A stretch of DNA of 64,000 nucleotides, from positions 7,613,079 to 7,677,078 of the forward strand of contig OZ316898.1 in the NCBI GenBank assembly GCA_973895155.1, given 5' to 3'. Positions within the stretch are counted from its first letter, which is position 1. Every line of letters begins with the position of its first letter. The notes under the pieces are model-generated. The model searched no databases and was not told where the DNA came from. It was given only the letters and a program-made list of their open reading frames with translations. This stretch comes from Marsupella aquatica (taxonomy: Eukaryota > Plantae > Marchantiophyta). The position numbers and the translations under genes are program-made. Below, in pieces: positions 25,001 through 35,780 of this stretch.

Positions 25001-27028
25001 AGAGACTTGGCTGTCTTTGAGCGTGTAAGTGGTGACATGAGGAAAACTTCCAAGGACCTTGCCGTCAAGAAGGTATGAAGTCGTTTTATCTAGACAACTG
25101 TCCACAGCATCCTCTTCAGTCTCTTCTTTGTGTAACAACATCCCAGAACTTTTTCTCATGTTGTCTCTCGGTAGGCTGATTCCATTTAGTGAAGTTGATG
25201 TCTATCTCTCCTTGGTGCTAATTCTCTGAAGAAGCGGATGTGTACCTATCAACCCATAGCTTGTCACTAGTTTTTGGCCTTTTCTATGCCCTATTAATCC
25301 TGTGAAGATAAGGGATGTCTCACGTTTGTAGGAGATGTGGTAAATGAAGAAACTATTCAGTGAAAATTTTAGTCAATGGTGCTTGTCTGCCTTTCAGCTT
25401 TGGTGTAGTGATGGAAAAGGCACTTTTTTGCTTCGATATAATATTGTTTTTCAGGTGGTCAAGAGAATACCATACTTAATGCTTTTCTCCACAGTTTTGC
25501 AGGACTGTTGTAGCTTCAGAGCTGGAAAGTACAGATGTTCGTCCTCTACCTGTGTTATTGAGAACACAGCAATACCTCCTGGGTCTTCTCGACGACCCTG
25601 AGTTCTCATTTGACATTATCCACAATTTTCTTTTCGATCGAACGCGAGCAATTAGGCAAGAGCTTGGAATGCAGCGAGTTTTTGATCATCAAACCATCAT
25701 AATACATGAAGAAATTGTAAGTATTTTGTGGAGTTATAGAGTCTACGGCCCTTTTTGAGGCTAAGATGCTTTCAGACCTTCTCGAGAAACGCTAGAAGAT
25801 ATGCTTGCAGCTTCTTAATCATGATCTAGTAGCAGCAATGTGTTCCAATTGATGAGGTCTTCTTTTCTACCGAATTCCTTTCATCTTATCATGACATTGT
25901 ATCAGCGATGAACCTCCTTGATAGCTGGTTGCGTCAACCCTGACATGTTCGTCTTGTTATCAACTGTGTTGCTCATATACTTTCATCTATTGTAGGTACG
26001 ATTTCACATTATATCAGAGCATGAACTGCGAGACCTAAATAGAAAGAGATCCAAGCAATTCGACACTCACCTGAATCTCCAACAGCTATCAAAATCTCTG
26101 CATAACCTTCTAAACCTTTACATTAGTCTGGGAGGAAATGGTGAAACACATTCTGTAAGCGAGGCCGAGTTTCATGCATATTATGTGCTCTTGAATCTCG
26201 GAAACCATGGCCGATTCCATGCTGAGCCTCTCTCGCTATGGTTTCCAAACGTATCCTCTCACGTGCTCGAAGGAGCTCCAATGCAGTTTGCAAGGAAAGC
26301 TCTGAGGTAATGTCTCTTCCTCCCTCACCCTCTACAACCATTCGATATTGTCTCTAGCTCAGTGGAAAATGTGGACAACAGGATTTCACCTTTCTATTTG
26401 TGGTTTCGGTCATCTCTTATTTGTCTCAATGTTTCTCTCTCTCACAGAGCTAATATGAGACCTAGCACTACCAGAATTGGGGTCCTTATGTGTACAGTTT
26501 TCAGTGAGAGAGGATTCATTTAAGGTCCGCAAGAATTGTGCCAGATGGATGAAGTAAGGTGTTTGTGCTTTTATTGGTAGCAATCAGTGCTGATCAGCTT
26601 TTGTATGCAATTAACGTGTAAATTCGTCGGTTGGCAGATTCTACAGGAGTAACAACTTCATAGGATTTTTCCGGATGGTGAAGGAAGCTACTTACTTGCA
26701 GGCCTGCCTCTTGGAACTAAATTTTGATTCTGTTCGTGCTGCGGCTTTGGAAACTCTTAATGTCGCAGAGTACAGGCGTCATCCTTATCCTCTATCGGAG
26801 TTGGCGGAACAATTGATGTTAAAGGAGAACGAGGTTGACGAGCTCTGCATGTATTTTGGGCTTGCTACAGGCACAGACGCTTCCAGTGAAAAGCTCTGTC
26901 TTCTGGCAAAGCAAGGTCAATTTTCCAGACCAGAAAAGGGAGATCTTCCACAACACGGCTGCCCTCTGATTGATGATAAACGCGCTCCCACTTTATATCA
27001 GGAGGTGAAAGCTTTGAAAGTAGTTTAA
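22098..27028 (+). CDS. SAC3C: SAC3/GANP/THP3-family protein, SAC3C type, ~1164 aa, with a long disordered N-terminal extension
   Basis: Exons 22098-24567, 24972-25072, 25495-25716, 25996-26306, 26638-27028; all GT-AG and phase-compatible, 3495 nt in total. Motifs: [100 protein letters not shown]. Confidence 0.92.
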
Positions 27029-27754
27029 CAACAACATTTTAGAATATGCAGACTGGCAAGTCTTCCTGTCCTGTCATGTAGAAGAGCTGGTCCTAGTCTC
27101 CAGCCCAGGGACGCATTGCAAAATTGCTTACTGCATCCCTCTAATTTGTGAAAGTCACTGGTAGACAGCTTGGTCCTCACACATTTTTGTGAGTTTGTGT
27201 GAGAGAACCCAATGAAAATCATTGTAGGCCTAACCTGTAAAGGTTGTACAGATTTGCAAACTACATGTCTAGCTTCTGCTACCTTAGGATGAACTGTTGA
27301 TGGACCGAATTGAAACTTGTTTGAGGAATACATTTCATTTGTACACTTTGACACGTCCAAATTTTGACAGAAGAAACGTTTGGATTAAAATCATTCAAGT
27401 TTTAACGTGCTATCATCCTTTTCCTCTCTCTTGTTTCCACCTTTTCTGGAGACTCGTGTAAGTTCTAGGCATCATTACCAGGAATACCAGCATACAGACA
27501 ACTCCACGAGAGGGTTGCAATGAGGGGCCTGCAATGAAACTCTGTAATTGCATTGCTGAGTCCAGATGATATCTTCTGAAAAAGCTAAAGAATCAGTACT
27601 AGATTCTATCATAATGTGGGCGTCAGATTTTACCAAGGTGCGTCTGACCCATCTGCCTGTGGTGGTATTGTATGATACTAGTGGTGTTTAATTTATTTTC
27701 ATTTTTTGCTGATTTCATATTTTTAGTGCATTTGAAGGACTCCAGATGGGTAGC

Positions 27755-27840
27755 TCGTTCCCTAGCCAAATTCGCTAGCCATAAGAAGAGTCCCAAAATT
27801 AGATTATACTAACCGGGTTTTTGTTTAGCTAGGGATTAAC
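27755..27840. repeat. Short dispersed repeat, inverted homologue of ~33650-33730
   Basis: gctagccataagaagagtcccaaaattagattatactaaccgggtttttgtttagc versus the reverse complement gctagcaaaaagagaagtcccaaaaatggatgttatcaaccaggttgttgttagc. Confidence 0.55.
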
Positions 27841-30370
27841 CTTGCTATTTTAGTGAGGCTTTTTTTGCTCATACGAGTAAATGTTTTACTGTCTGTTTGT
27901 ACGCTACAATTACCCCAAACACAAATCTTCACAAGTCATAATTATTTTCTGAATGTGATGGATTGCCGAGATGATGATGCCCGTTTGGATTTGATAAAAG
28001 TCTCCACAAATTGACCTGTCAACTTCCCAAAAACCGATCAGCTAAACCCACACAAATGTGAAAAATCCAGCTACACCCACAAAATGTGAAACCTTCAGTT
28101 TCATGCAGTCTTTTGCGATCCAATCTTCAGAGAACTCTTGCGACATTACACTCTAAAAGTAACTAACTAATATTGACTGCTATCAAACTAATGCTGTTTC
28201 TGAAGGGAAAATCAAAAGATGTCCAGAGCAATGTACCTAAGTTATCAGGTATTTCCTGCACTCTTTTCATGGATGAATGAATGGAGAAACCGGTACTAGT
28301 CGCCTCAAATTTCTCCAGTCAGATACTTGCAGTTATCTCTAATCCACAAGTGTGGAAACAGACTGGAGGATATCCACATGGCACTTGAATTGAGTGGGCA
28401 CTTAGATTAGAAACGGGTAATAAGAAATATTACGAGACTAGATAGTAGGGTGAACAGAGTTAGCAGTGTTTAGTAGTACGGCCGTCTCGAAAACTTACAA
28501 TCCCGATCGGTCACTTTTGTCCGTTTGAAGAATTTATATGCTGCATTCTCTTCAAATCGACGACGTACTCTGTTGGGTTTGTATTCTTTGCCGACTCACA
28601 ATCTTGCTAGAAAGAAGACCTTGAGTTGAAGCAGACCGTATAGGTCTTTGGCAACGATCATTGTACAAACACCACCCGTGGATGTCGTCTTCCCAGCTAA
28701 CCGTCTACATCTGTACTGCAGCTATTCATACTAGAAGTAAATGCACTTGATAAAATTCACTAATGATGACCCAAACGCGCTCGTCAGTGGACACACAAAC
28801 AGTGGCAAATTAACAATATAGAACTAAAAATGATCAAAACCCGGTCAAGAAGCTAAATTGTTTTTAGAATGGAGCACAAGTCTTGCTAGGCTGCAGAAAG
28901 TAAGGCATAGAAGTCCATAATTTCTCTTGTGGTCGTTGTCACCCAGGATCATCATAACTTTTGAATCACGTATGTCATCAAGAGGTAAAGATTGTGTTCT
29001 TCCAGTATTTAGACATCGAAATGAAGACGACTTAATTTCGATGGAAAAGTCTGCAATCGAATCATTTGATGTTGAGCGTGTGCGAAATAAATATCCTGTC
29101 TGGGACACCTTCACAATCTTGACGTCCCTCCTTAATCCAGATTCCAAGTGCACCTCCTTCGTTTTGATCGAGTCAACTTTATATTCTGGAGCTCCAAGTG
29201 AGTGAGAATCAAAAGAAACAGGTCTTTTTTGGAGCCCCTAAACTCGTGCATTAACGAAAAAGGACAGCTAGAGGGACCTTGTAAAGAGATGCACTGGGAA
29301 TAAGCTGCAGGTGATTTATTGAATTGAATCTCAGGTACTCCGATTTCCTCGCCCTTTATTCTGTTTGCCACTTCTTGTTGTACAATACCCACTTGTTTTC
29401 GCTCTTCTACCAAACACCTGGCCGGATTCCCCAATTGGATTTTGCTGCAGCATCATCATCTTCGAAGCTCAGATTCGAAATCAGGTCATTGCCGAGGATG
29501 TTGCAAGCTCCTTTCGTTGACTGCTATAAATGAATCCTGGAACTGTGGCCATGATTGGGTCAATCAGGATATCTAAAAAATAGGCTGTAATGGAATACAA
29601 ATTTTGTTCGGATATAACTATCTCAACAGTTGAGTAGCATGCATCTGCACTATCGAACAGAACAAAGCATGATGAGTGCTTGAAAACGAAGTTGTTTTAA
29701 GTTGATAGGAATCTTTCGAAACAATCCTGTAAACAATAGAAAATGTGGCAGTCGAAGGCCTTGGATGAGACAACACGAATCAGAAACATGAAGCAAAAAA
29801 TGCCTCGTAAGGATTGTTCCCAATTATCTAGAAAGGTTCCACAAGTGACAGATCCTGCAACTTCTCTCTAAGTGATTTCTTGACAAAGATCTTGCATCAT
29901 GTCACGTATGTCAATTTAGAAAACCTAACGTAAACCGGCAATAATCTACTTTGCCTTGCGACCTTGTAGCTTCAGATCGAATACAACACATCTCTGCTAT
30001 TGCGGTTAGAGAAATCACGGTTCACAAAAAAAAGTGAACCAAACAACGGTGCAAGCTCTGCCCAGATTACTAAATCTAACAGACCAGTAACAGTGACAAG
30101 TAAGGGGAACATGCTGCTGACAAGTAACCAGTAGGACCGCTCGGTAGCTTTTGAATGGTAAGCTGACTATCAACTGATGGAAAGGACCTTTAAATATCTG
30201 CATTGCCCACGGTAAAATTAAGCAGCTGGCAAAAGGGCGTGACCTTAGATGCTAAAAACAAGGCTCTAGCAGCAAGCTTGGGCCATTTTGTACGTAGCTG
30301 TCTTATCCACGGACAGTTCTAGATCCTCTGCTTTTACCGGCCTGTTCTTGTCTCAGTAGATACTGGGCCT

Positions 30371-31615
30371 TTATATCAAAAGGTACGTACTACTCGACGG
30401 AAAATTAGCTTCATCTTGATCTCCATAAGAACCTCCTTCGCCCATACCGGGCAATGGACCAGGATGAGTTCCGGACGGCAAACGTGGAATCCTCAGTCCT
30501 CTCGGAAGGTGATACTGTGTTGGGTTTGCTCCAAACCCTTGGAAGAAATCCCCAAAGGGATGAGAAAAAGAAGGTGGCCGGTGCATGACTCCGGGAGTAA
30601 ACACCTCAGCAAGAAATCGTCTCTCCGCGTCTCTCCTAGCTTCTTCACTTCTCTTTCTGTGCTGAAATTCCCTCACAAAGGCACTCTTCCACCCACGGCT
30701 CCCAGGAGCTCTTTCCCCACAGGGTCCAAACTCCTCCTTGTACTTCTGCTTCCAGAGCTCCTCACTTGAGGTCAGGAACCTAAATTCCGAGCAAGCACGT
30801 GCAAGATTCGCCAACACAACAGGCGGAAGCGAATCCAAGACTTTAATTTTCAATTCTGTGGGGAGTCTCAGGAGGGATGGGGGAGGAGGAAGCCCAGTTT
30901 TCTCACACATGAACATCAGCAACGGTAGAGAAAGAGAATCCTTGACCTCTTTCCATAATTCAAAAATGTCACGGAAAATGTTCTCCCCCATCGAAGTTGC
31001 TGCTACCATCCGAGCTCCATCTCCAGAATTATCTGCGTTTGCAACCTTACCACCCACAGCTGGCTCCATGACTGACTCATTATCCCGCTTGCTCACATTA
31101 CTGCTGCTGCTGCTCGCTCCAACAGCAACAAAGTTTCCCAATTTGAGATTTTCGTGCAAGAACTTCGACACAGACAAACAAACCCGATGAGGACTCCCAT
31201 CTGTGACAGCACCGTAAACCACAACGGTATTCCCGACCATCAGGCATCGGAGAAGAACCTCTTGTCCTAACTCCCGAGTAGTCTCCCGTATGCTGAGCTC
31301 AGGGAGTGTGTATGTGAGATTGACAAAGCCAGTACCACTCGACCCAGATGGAAGCTCATACCCACCTAGGGTACGAGGCCCTTCCCATGCTGCATTATTG
31401 CTCTTGGATCTACCAGCTTCAATCCCCACAAACCCAGTCTCCAGCATCACAGCATGCACAGCAAGAACTAAGAACATAGAAGGCTGACGGATATTCTCAA
31501 ATTCCGCAATCAGGACTCGTTGGAGAAGATCCGGAATGGGTACCAAACGATGTCCTCCTCCTGCACTTTGTGCCATTTCTTGCAGCGGCCCTTTTGAGTC
31601 TATTTGCATATCCAT
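30371..31615 (-). CDS. SKIP22/FBXO7-like F-box protein (PI31/FP domain + F-box + Pro/Gly-rich tail) lacking the N-terminal ubiquitin-like domain; copy 1
   Basis: 414-aa ORF: LVLAVHAVMLETGF (FP/PI31 domain), FELWKEVKDSLSLPLL, F-box PPSLLRLPTELKIKVLDSLPPVVLANLARACSEFRFLTSSEELWKQKYKEEFG. A possible splice acceptor ttgtag lies 6 nt before the ATG. A possible donor (GTACGT) near the stop could mean an extra 3' exon. Confidence 0.88.
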   Translation of the reverse strand: MDMQIDSKGPLQEMAQSAGGGHRLVPIPDLLQRVLIAEFENIRQPSMFLVLAVHAVMLETGFVGIEAGRSKSNNAAWEGPRTLGGYELPSGSSGTGFVNLTYTLPELSIRETTRELGQEVLLRCLMVGNTVVVYGAVTDGSPHRVCLSVSKFLHENLKLGNFVAVGASSSSSNVSKRDNESVMEPAVGGKVANADNSGDGARMVAATSMGENIFRDIFELWKEVKDSLSLPLLMFMCEKTGLPPPPSLLRLPTELKIKVLDSLPPVVLANLARACSEFRFLTSSEELWKQKYKEEFGPCGERAPGSRGWKSAFVREFQHRKRSEEARRDAERRFLAEVFTPGVMHRPPSFSHPFGDFFQGFGANPTQYHLPRGLRIPRLPSGTHPGPLPGMGEGGSYGDQDEANFPSSSTYLLI

Positions 31616-31656
31616 GACAGGCTACAAGTTCAAGACCTGCTCTGTATGTTTCTTCC

Positions 31657-33253
31657 CTTCAACACAAGTTCAATCTAATTGGCTCAACCAGCAAGGCCCA
31701 CTGCATCTCTAAAGCAATCACCTTCCCCTGGATTCTCAAGTTACAGTAAGGTCAACAGCAGCATGGCTACAACTATCACTGCTAGTTTTATCGTCCGTCA
31801 TGAGCTCTCATGTGTGACGAAAGCTTTCTTGTGTTCCTCCCTCCTCGCGACACGAAAGCTTTCCAGCACTTCCTTCGCACAGTATCTCTCCACAACAATT
31901 CAACCCTCTCTGGAGGAGATCAATCATCATTAGCATCATATACTAATTGATTCTCTCTTTACCATCACAAAAGTCCTTCACGCCCTCGGCTGTCTCTCGG
32001 TCGGATTACCCTGCTCAGAGCTCTGAGTTATTGTAACCCAAATTGAGTCGACCATCGGAGACTTCTCCAGCTCAGAACCCTAATTATCCTCCTTGGAACT
32101 CCGCAGCTCAGTCCCGATGACTGTGTGAGATTGCACAAGGCAAGGCAGGGCCCACGCCAGTAGTACTCGCCCCAGACAAACGGAAACCCAACTCCGAAAG
32201 GACAAAGGCGTCATCCGAAATACCCATGCCAACAAGCAAAGCAATTCATCGAAATCAACCAGATGACCAGCAAAAGCTTTCAGAGATTGTGATGAAGTAC
32301 TTTTCTGATTTCCAGTACGTGTTGCACACTCGCACACGAACTGGGTGCAAAGATCTCAATCCCTGGGCACTACAGAACAAAATCCGCTGACAAGAAGTCG
32401 AAGGTCACGTCCAGTCACGGAGTCGGGAATCTGTCGAGTGTCCACAGTTGTGCAGCAAAGCTGTTGGCTTCGAACAAGGAACGACAAACTCCTGAAGCTG
32501 CTATACTGCATCATCGGGGCCTCCCCTCACCTCCTTCGGTCCTTTTCATAGTCTACTCAACTCTAAAAGTGAGGGTACAGGTTCTGCAGGTTACTTCTCC
32601 CCACGCCTCAACAATCCTTTCTCTTCCGCGCCAATTATCCAAATTGTCAACCAGCACAGGTGTGCAGCAGGACTCTCTCTGTCCGAATTCTTTCACAGTC
32701 TACAACTGCGTGGAGACTGATAAGATATCACACCACAGCAGGATCCTGAGACGGAGGGCATCACCGAATCGTGAAAGCAATTGAGGGAAGGAGGAAAGCT
32801 GAGCATTGAACACAAAGCTCCACACGAGCAATCGAACAGCAGCTTCCTATGGGACTGCTTTGCTCCTCCTTGGGTCCAACCCACAGCATCCAGATTCTTC
32901 AGAGAGTGAATCTGCTCTGCTGAATGCGCTTGGCTCTGTCACGTCAAACCAATTCATTGGGCCTCCAAAACATGTAGCTCGACCCTCGATCGTCTCCAAC
33001 CATTCAATCCGTGTGTGACTGTTTGTCACTCTTCCTGCAATTCGACAGCACAACACCATGTCCACCCCTGGCTCTCCGATTTCTTGTCTCCAGTGACTGA
33101 TCTCCCATTCTGATCCTGGCCAATGAATTTCTTCATCATTGTCTCCCTCCCTGGTTATACTCCTACAGTGTGCCGTAGATTCGAAAGGTTTTCAGTCGCT
33201 TTGTTTCTACGGCAAAGGCAAAGGGCAGAAAGCACTCCATCCACACGGCAGCC
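31657..33253 (-). promoter_or_regulatory. Copy of the SAC3C leader serving as the upstream region of F-box copy 1
   Basis: Inverted homologue of 20147-21813. It ends ~40 bp upstream of the F-box ATG (31615) and has the same orientation relative to its gene as the SAC3C copy. The regulatory role is inferred. Confidence 0.75.
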
Positions 33254-33350
33254 GGGTCATTCTAGAGTGCCAGTAAACAGTAAAACCTTTCGTCTTCTAT
33301 GTCCAACTTTCTCCTTCTTTCCTCTTTTATATCCAACTTTGTCCTTTGAT

Positions 33351-33508
33351 GAGGGATTTGCTTGGTGGGACCCCAAATGAAAATGTTTTACTTGATAGGA
33401 CCCCTGAGTGATCCACACGTTGATTTACCTTGAATAGACGGACCTAAACTTTCAAGGGTCCAATTAAGTAAAACATTTTCATTTGGGGTCCCACCAAGCA
33501 AATCTCTC
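33351..33508. mobile_element. 158-bp Mutator-like MITE (fold-back) with 9-bp TSD
   Basis: ~57-bp terminal inverted repeats gagggatttgcttggtgggaccccaaatgaaaatgttttactt.. / ..aagtaaaacattttcatttggggtcccaccaagcaaatctctc. Perfect TSD tcctttgat at 33342-33350 and 33509-33517. Confidence 0.9.
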
Positions 33509-33940
33509 TCCTTTGATTGGGTTTCTTGTCTACTTTCTCCTTCTTTCCTCGTTTATATCCAACTTTCTCCTTTGATTGGATTTCTTGCCTGAGTGATTTC
33601 GTCTCCAGGTTGGGCACCCTTCGTTTTTTGGCAGTTTGTAAAACTGCCTGGCTTGCTAACAACAACCTGGTTGATAACATCCATTTTTGGGACTTCTCTT
33701 TTTGCTAGCTAATGCGGTAGCCATTTGGAGTCGTTAAAAAACACAAAAAAATTTAAAAGACAGCGAAAAGGAAAAGAAATTTAAAATTACTAGTGTCTCG
33801 CTAACAACACTCTCCTTGCTTTCAAAATTCCTGTTTGCTAGCTTGCATTATACAATACCTCCACGGCAGCCTCTTCCTCGGGATATAAAAACACAGCAAC
33901 TCACTACTGCTGAGTGTAGATTTAATTTGTGGAAAATAAT

Positions 33941-34284
33941 ACCAGCTGGCTTTGGTCAGTTGGCCGAGATAGCCTAGAATCTAGAGGTGCCAGGTTCAAT
34001 CCCCCCTCCACGGGCCAATCCCCCCCTCCATGCAACGGGGGTGGAGGGTATATGTGGATGTGTGGGTGGGGGGTGTAGTGGTGAGAATCCTGGTTTCTCC
34101 TCAGCCCCTGGCTAGCCCACTTTGGGGCCCTGGTTCAGCACTCTCTCCTTCCTGGTCTGGGTCCTTGTCGGATTCCTGGGTATTGTCCCCCCTTAGTTGT
34201 GGGCTAACCTACAGTGGTGCAGACTCCAAAGTAGCACGTCTATCTTGTTGGATGGGTCTACTTTCTGCTTTCAAGGCAAAAAAA
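33941..34284 (+). mobile_element. tRNA-derived SINE, second copy
   Basis: Box A tggtcagttgg, box B ggttcaatccc and tail ttcaaggcaaaaaaa. Collinear with the 6656-6957 copy. Possible short TSD aaaataa. Confidence 0.85.
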
Positions 34285-35104
34285 TAACACGGAGAAAAAG
34301 CGTTGGACGGCGCAGGCAGTTCTGCACGGAAAGGACCCGAGATTCAATTGGAGTATCAGCTGAGCCACAATAAAAAAATAGTGTTATCTAAGTCTGCCAC
34401 CTCCATCATCAATTCAAAGAAAAGCCTTTTACTTCTTCTGAGGCAGAGAGTGGATCCATTGGCCTTGAGCAGGGCATTTCAAAGCTTAGAATTTGATGGA
34501 CCTTAGGGGTGGGGGGCTTTTACAAGAAGGTGGGGGCCTTTCACCCGTCTCTCCATCCAAAGCAAAGCTGATGGCCAGTTCCCCTGGGAAGTGCCACGGA
34601 CACCCTCTGTCTAATGAAGGCCACAGTGACAGCCAGCCAGCACCAACCAGGGCCTTGAGCAGGCGCCAGGCTTAGCCCAGGGCCGGAAACCAACCCGCCA
34701 GGACCAGCGTAAGGGTTTTACCTTTTTGCCAGAGTGGCAAATGTCCAGTGTGTGAAGGAGAAGATGCTTAAAATATTCCTTATTTGATTATTTTTCTGAC
34801 CATCAGATCTCCCTATATTTTAGAATGACCATTAGATCCTGGCTAATGGGGCCTGTGATTAGGTGGGACACTGGCTAATGAGAAGGAAAAATACTAGCAA
34901 AGTTTTTCCAAAAGTGGCAAAAGCTTTTTGGGGAGGTGGAATTTGGCAAATTTTTGCCACTAAAAACAAAACTGGCTGTCGGGGCAACAAGCTAGATGAA
35001 TTACCAGGTGACAGGGGAAATGGGAAATGGTGGGTCAAAACAAAATGCACAAAAATAAAGGAGATACAAAATGCGCAAATATAAAGGAGATATAATTTGT
35101 AGCG

Positions 35105-35780
35105 TAAATAACAAACTACAATACACTTTTCACCTGGCCTAGCTTGCCACGACTAATATCTTATACATGTGTTACATATTAGAAATTTGATGCACAATTA
35201 GGTAACCAAGGACAAACAAAAAAAACATGTCACAAATAACAGGGGAGTAAATAATAAAACGTTGGCAGTGATGAGTAAGATGAAGAGCCATGATCGATGG
35301 AACTATTACAGTGTGCAAGTTAGTAGAATCAAAAAGAAAGACCTAGACTTAAACCTTAGAATTTACATTGCAAAAATATTTGGAGCTTTTAAGTACCCCA
35401 AATTAATTTATGTAATTGAGCTTGCCAAACAATATATTATTAATTATAACTTAGTTATTGTGTGAACTGGGATGTCACTATGGTAAATGGACCTGTGGAT
35501 CAGGTATGGAGTAAAACACAAGTGACTTAAACTGTTTGAATCTCTTCATCTAATTTGCAGAAGACTTTGGATTCTTTCTTTTATTTGGACTTGAACTATA
35601 TCTTGATAATGTACGAACTCTATGCCGTATGACTTGTAATCCAAGAATGAATTATAATCATTGCAAAATTTATGCTATAATCTTGGCTATAATTCACTAT
35701 TAAAGTTGAGATTAAAGTCTACCAGTCGTGACCTACTCTGGCCCCACAGTGAAGCCAAAGGCCAATATTTTCTTGAAACA
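35105..35780. repeat. Dispersed repeat, inverted homologue of 15681-16160
   Basis: Reverse-complement similarity to 15681-16160 with internal insertions. Confidence 0.8.

Noticed and set aside
30416-31487. Plus-strand ORFs overlapping the F-box genes (also 38699-40142), and antisense ORFs within SAC3C, GUN4 and the phosphatase
   Set aside because: Antisense or alternate-frame shadows of real coding sequence.
33351-33508. MIRNA precursor
   Set aside because: The 9-bp TSD and terminal inverted repeats identify a MITE, and no conserved plant miRNA sequence was recognised by eye.
33941-34010. tRNA gene
   Set aside because: It has A/B boxes but no convincing cloverleaf, and it continues into a SINE body with a poly(A) tail. 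The same holds for ~6890-6957.
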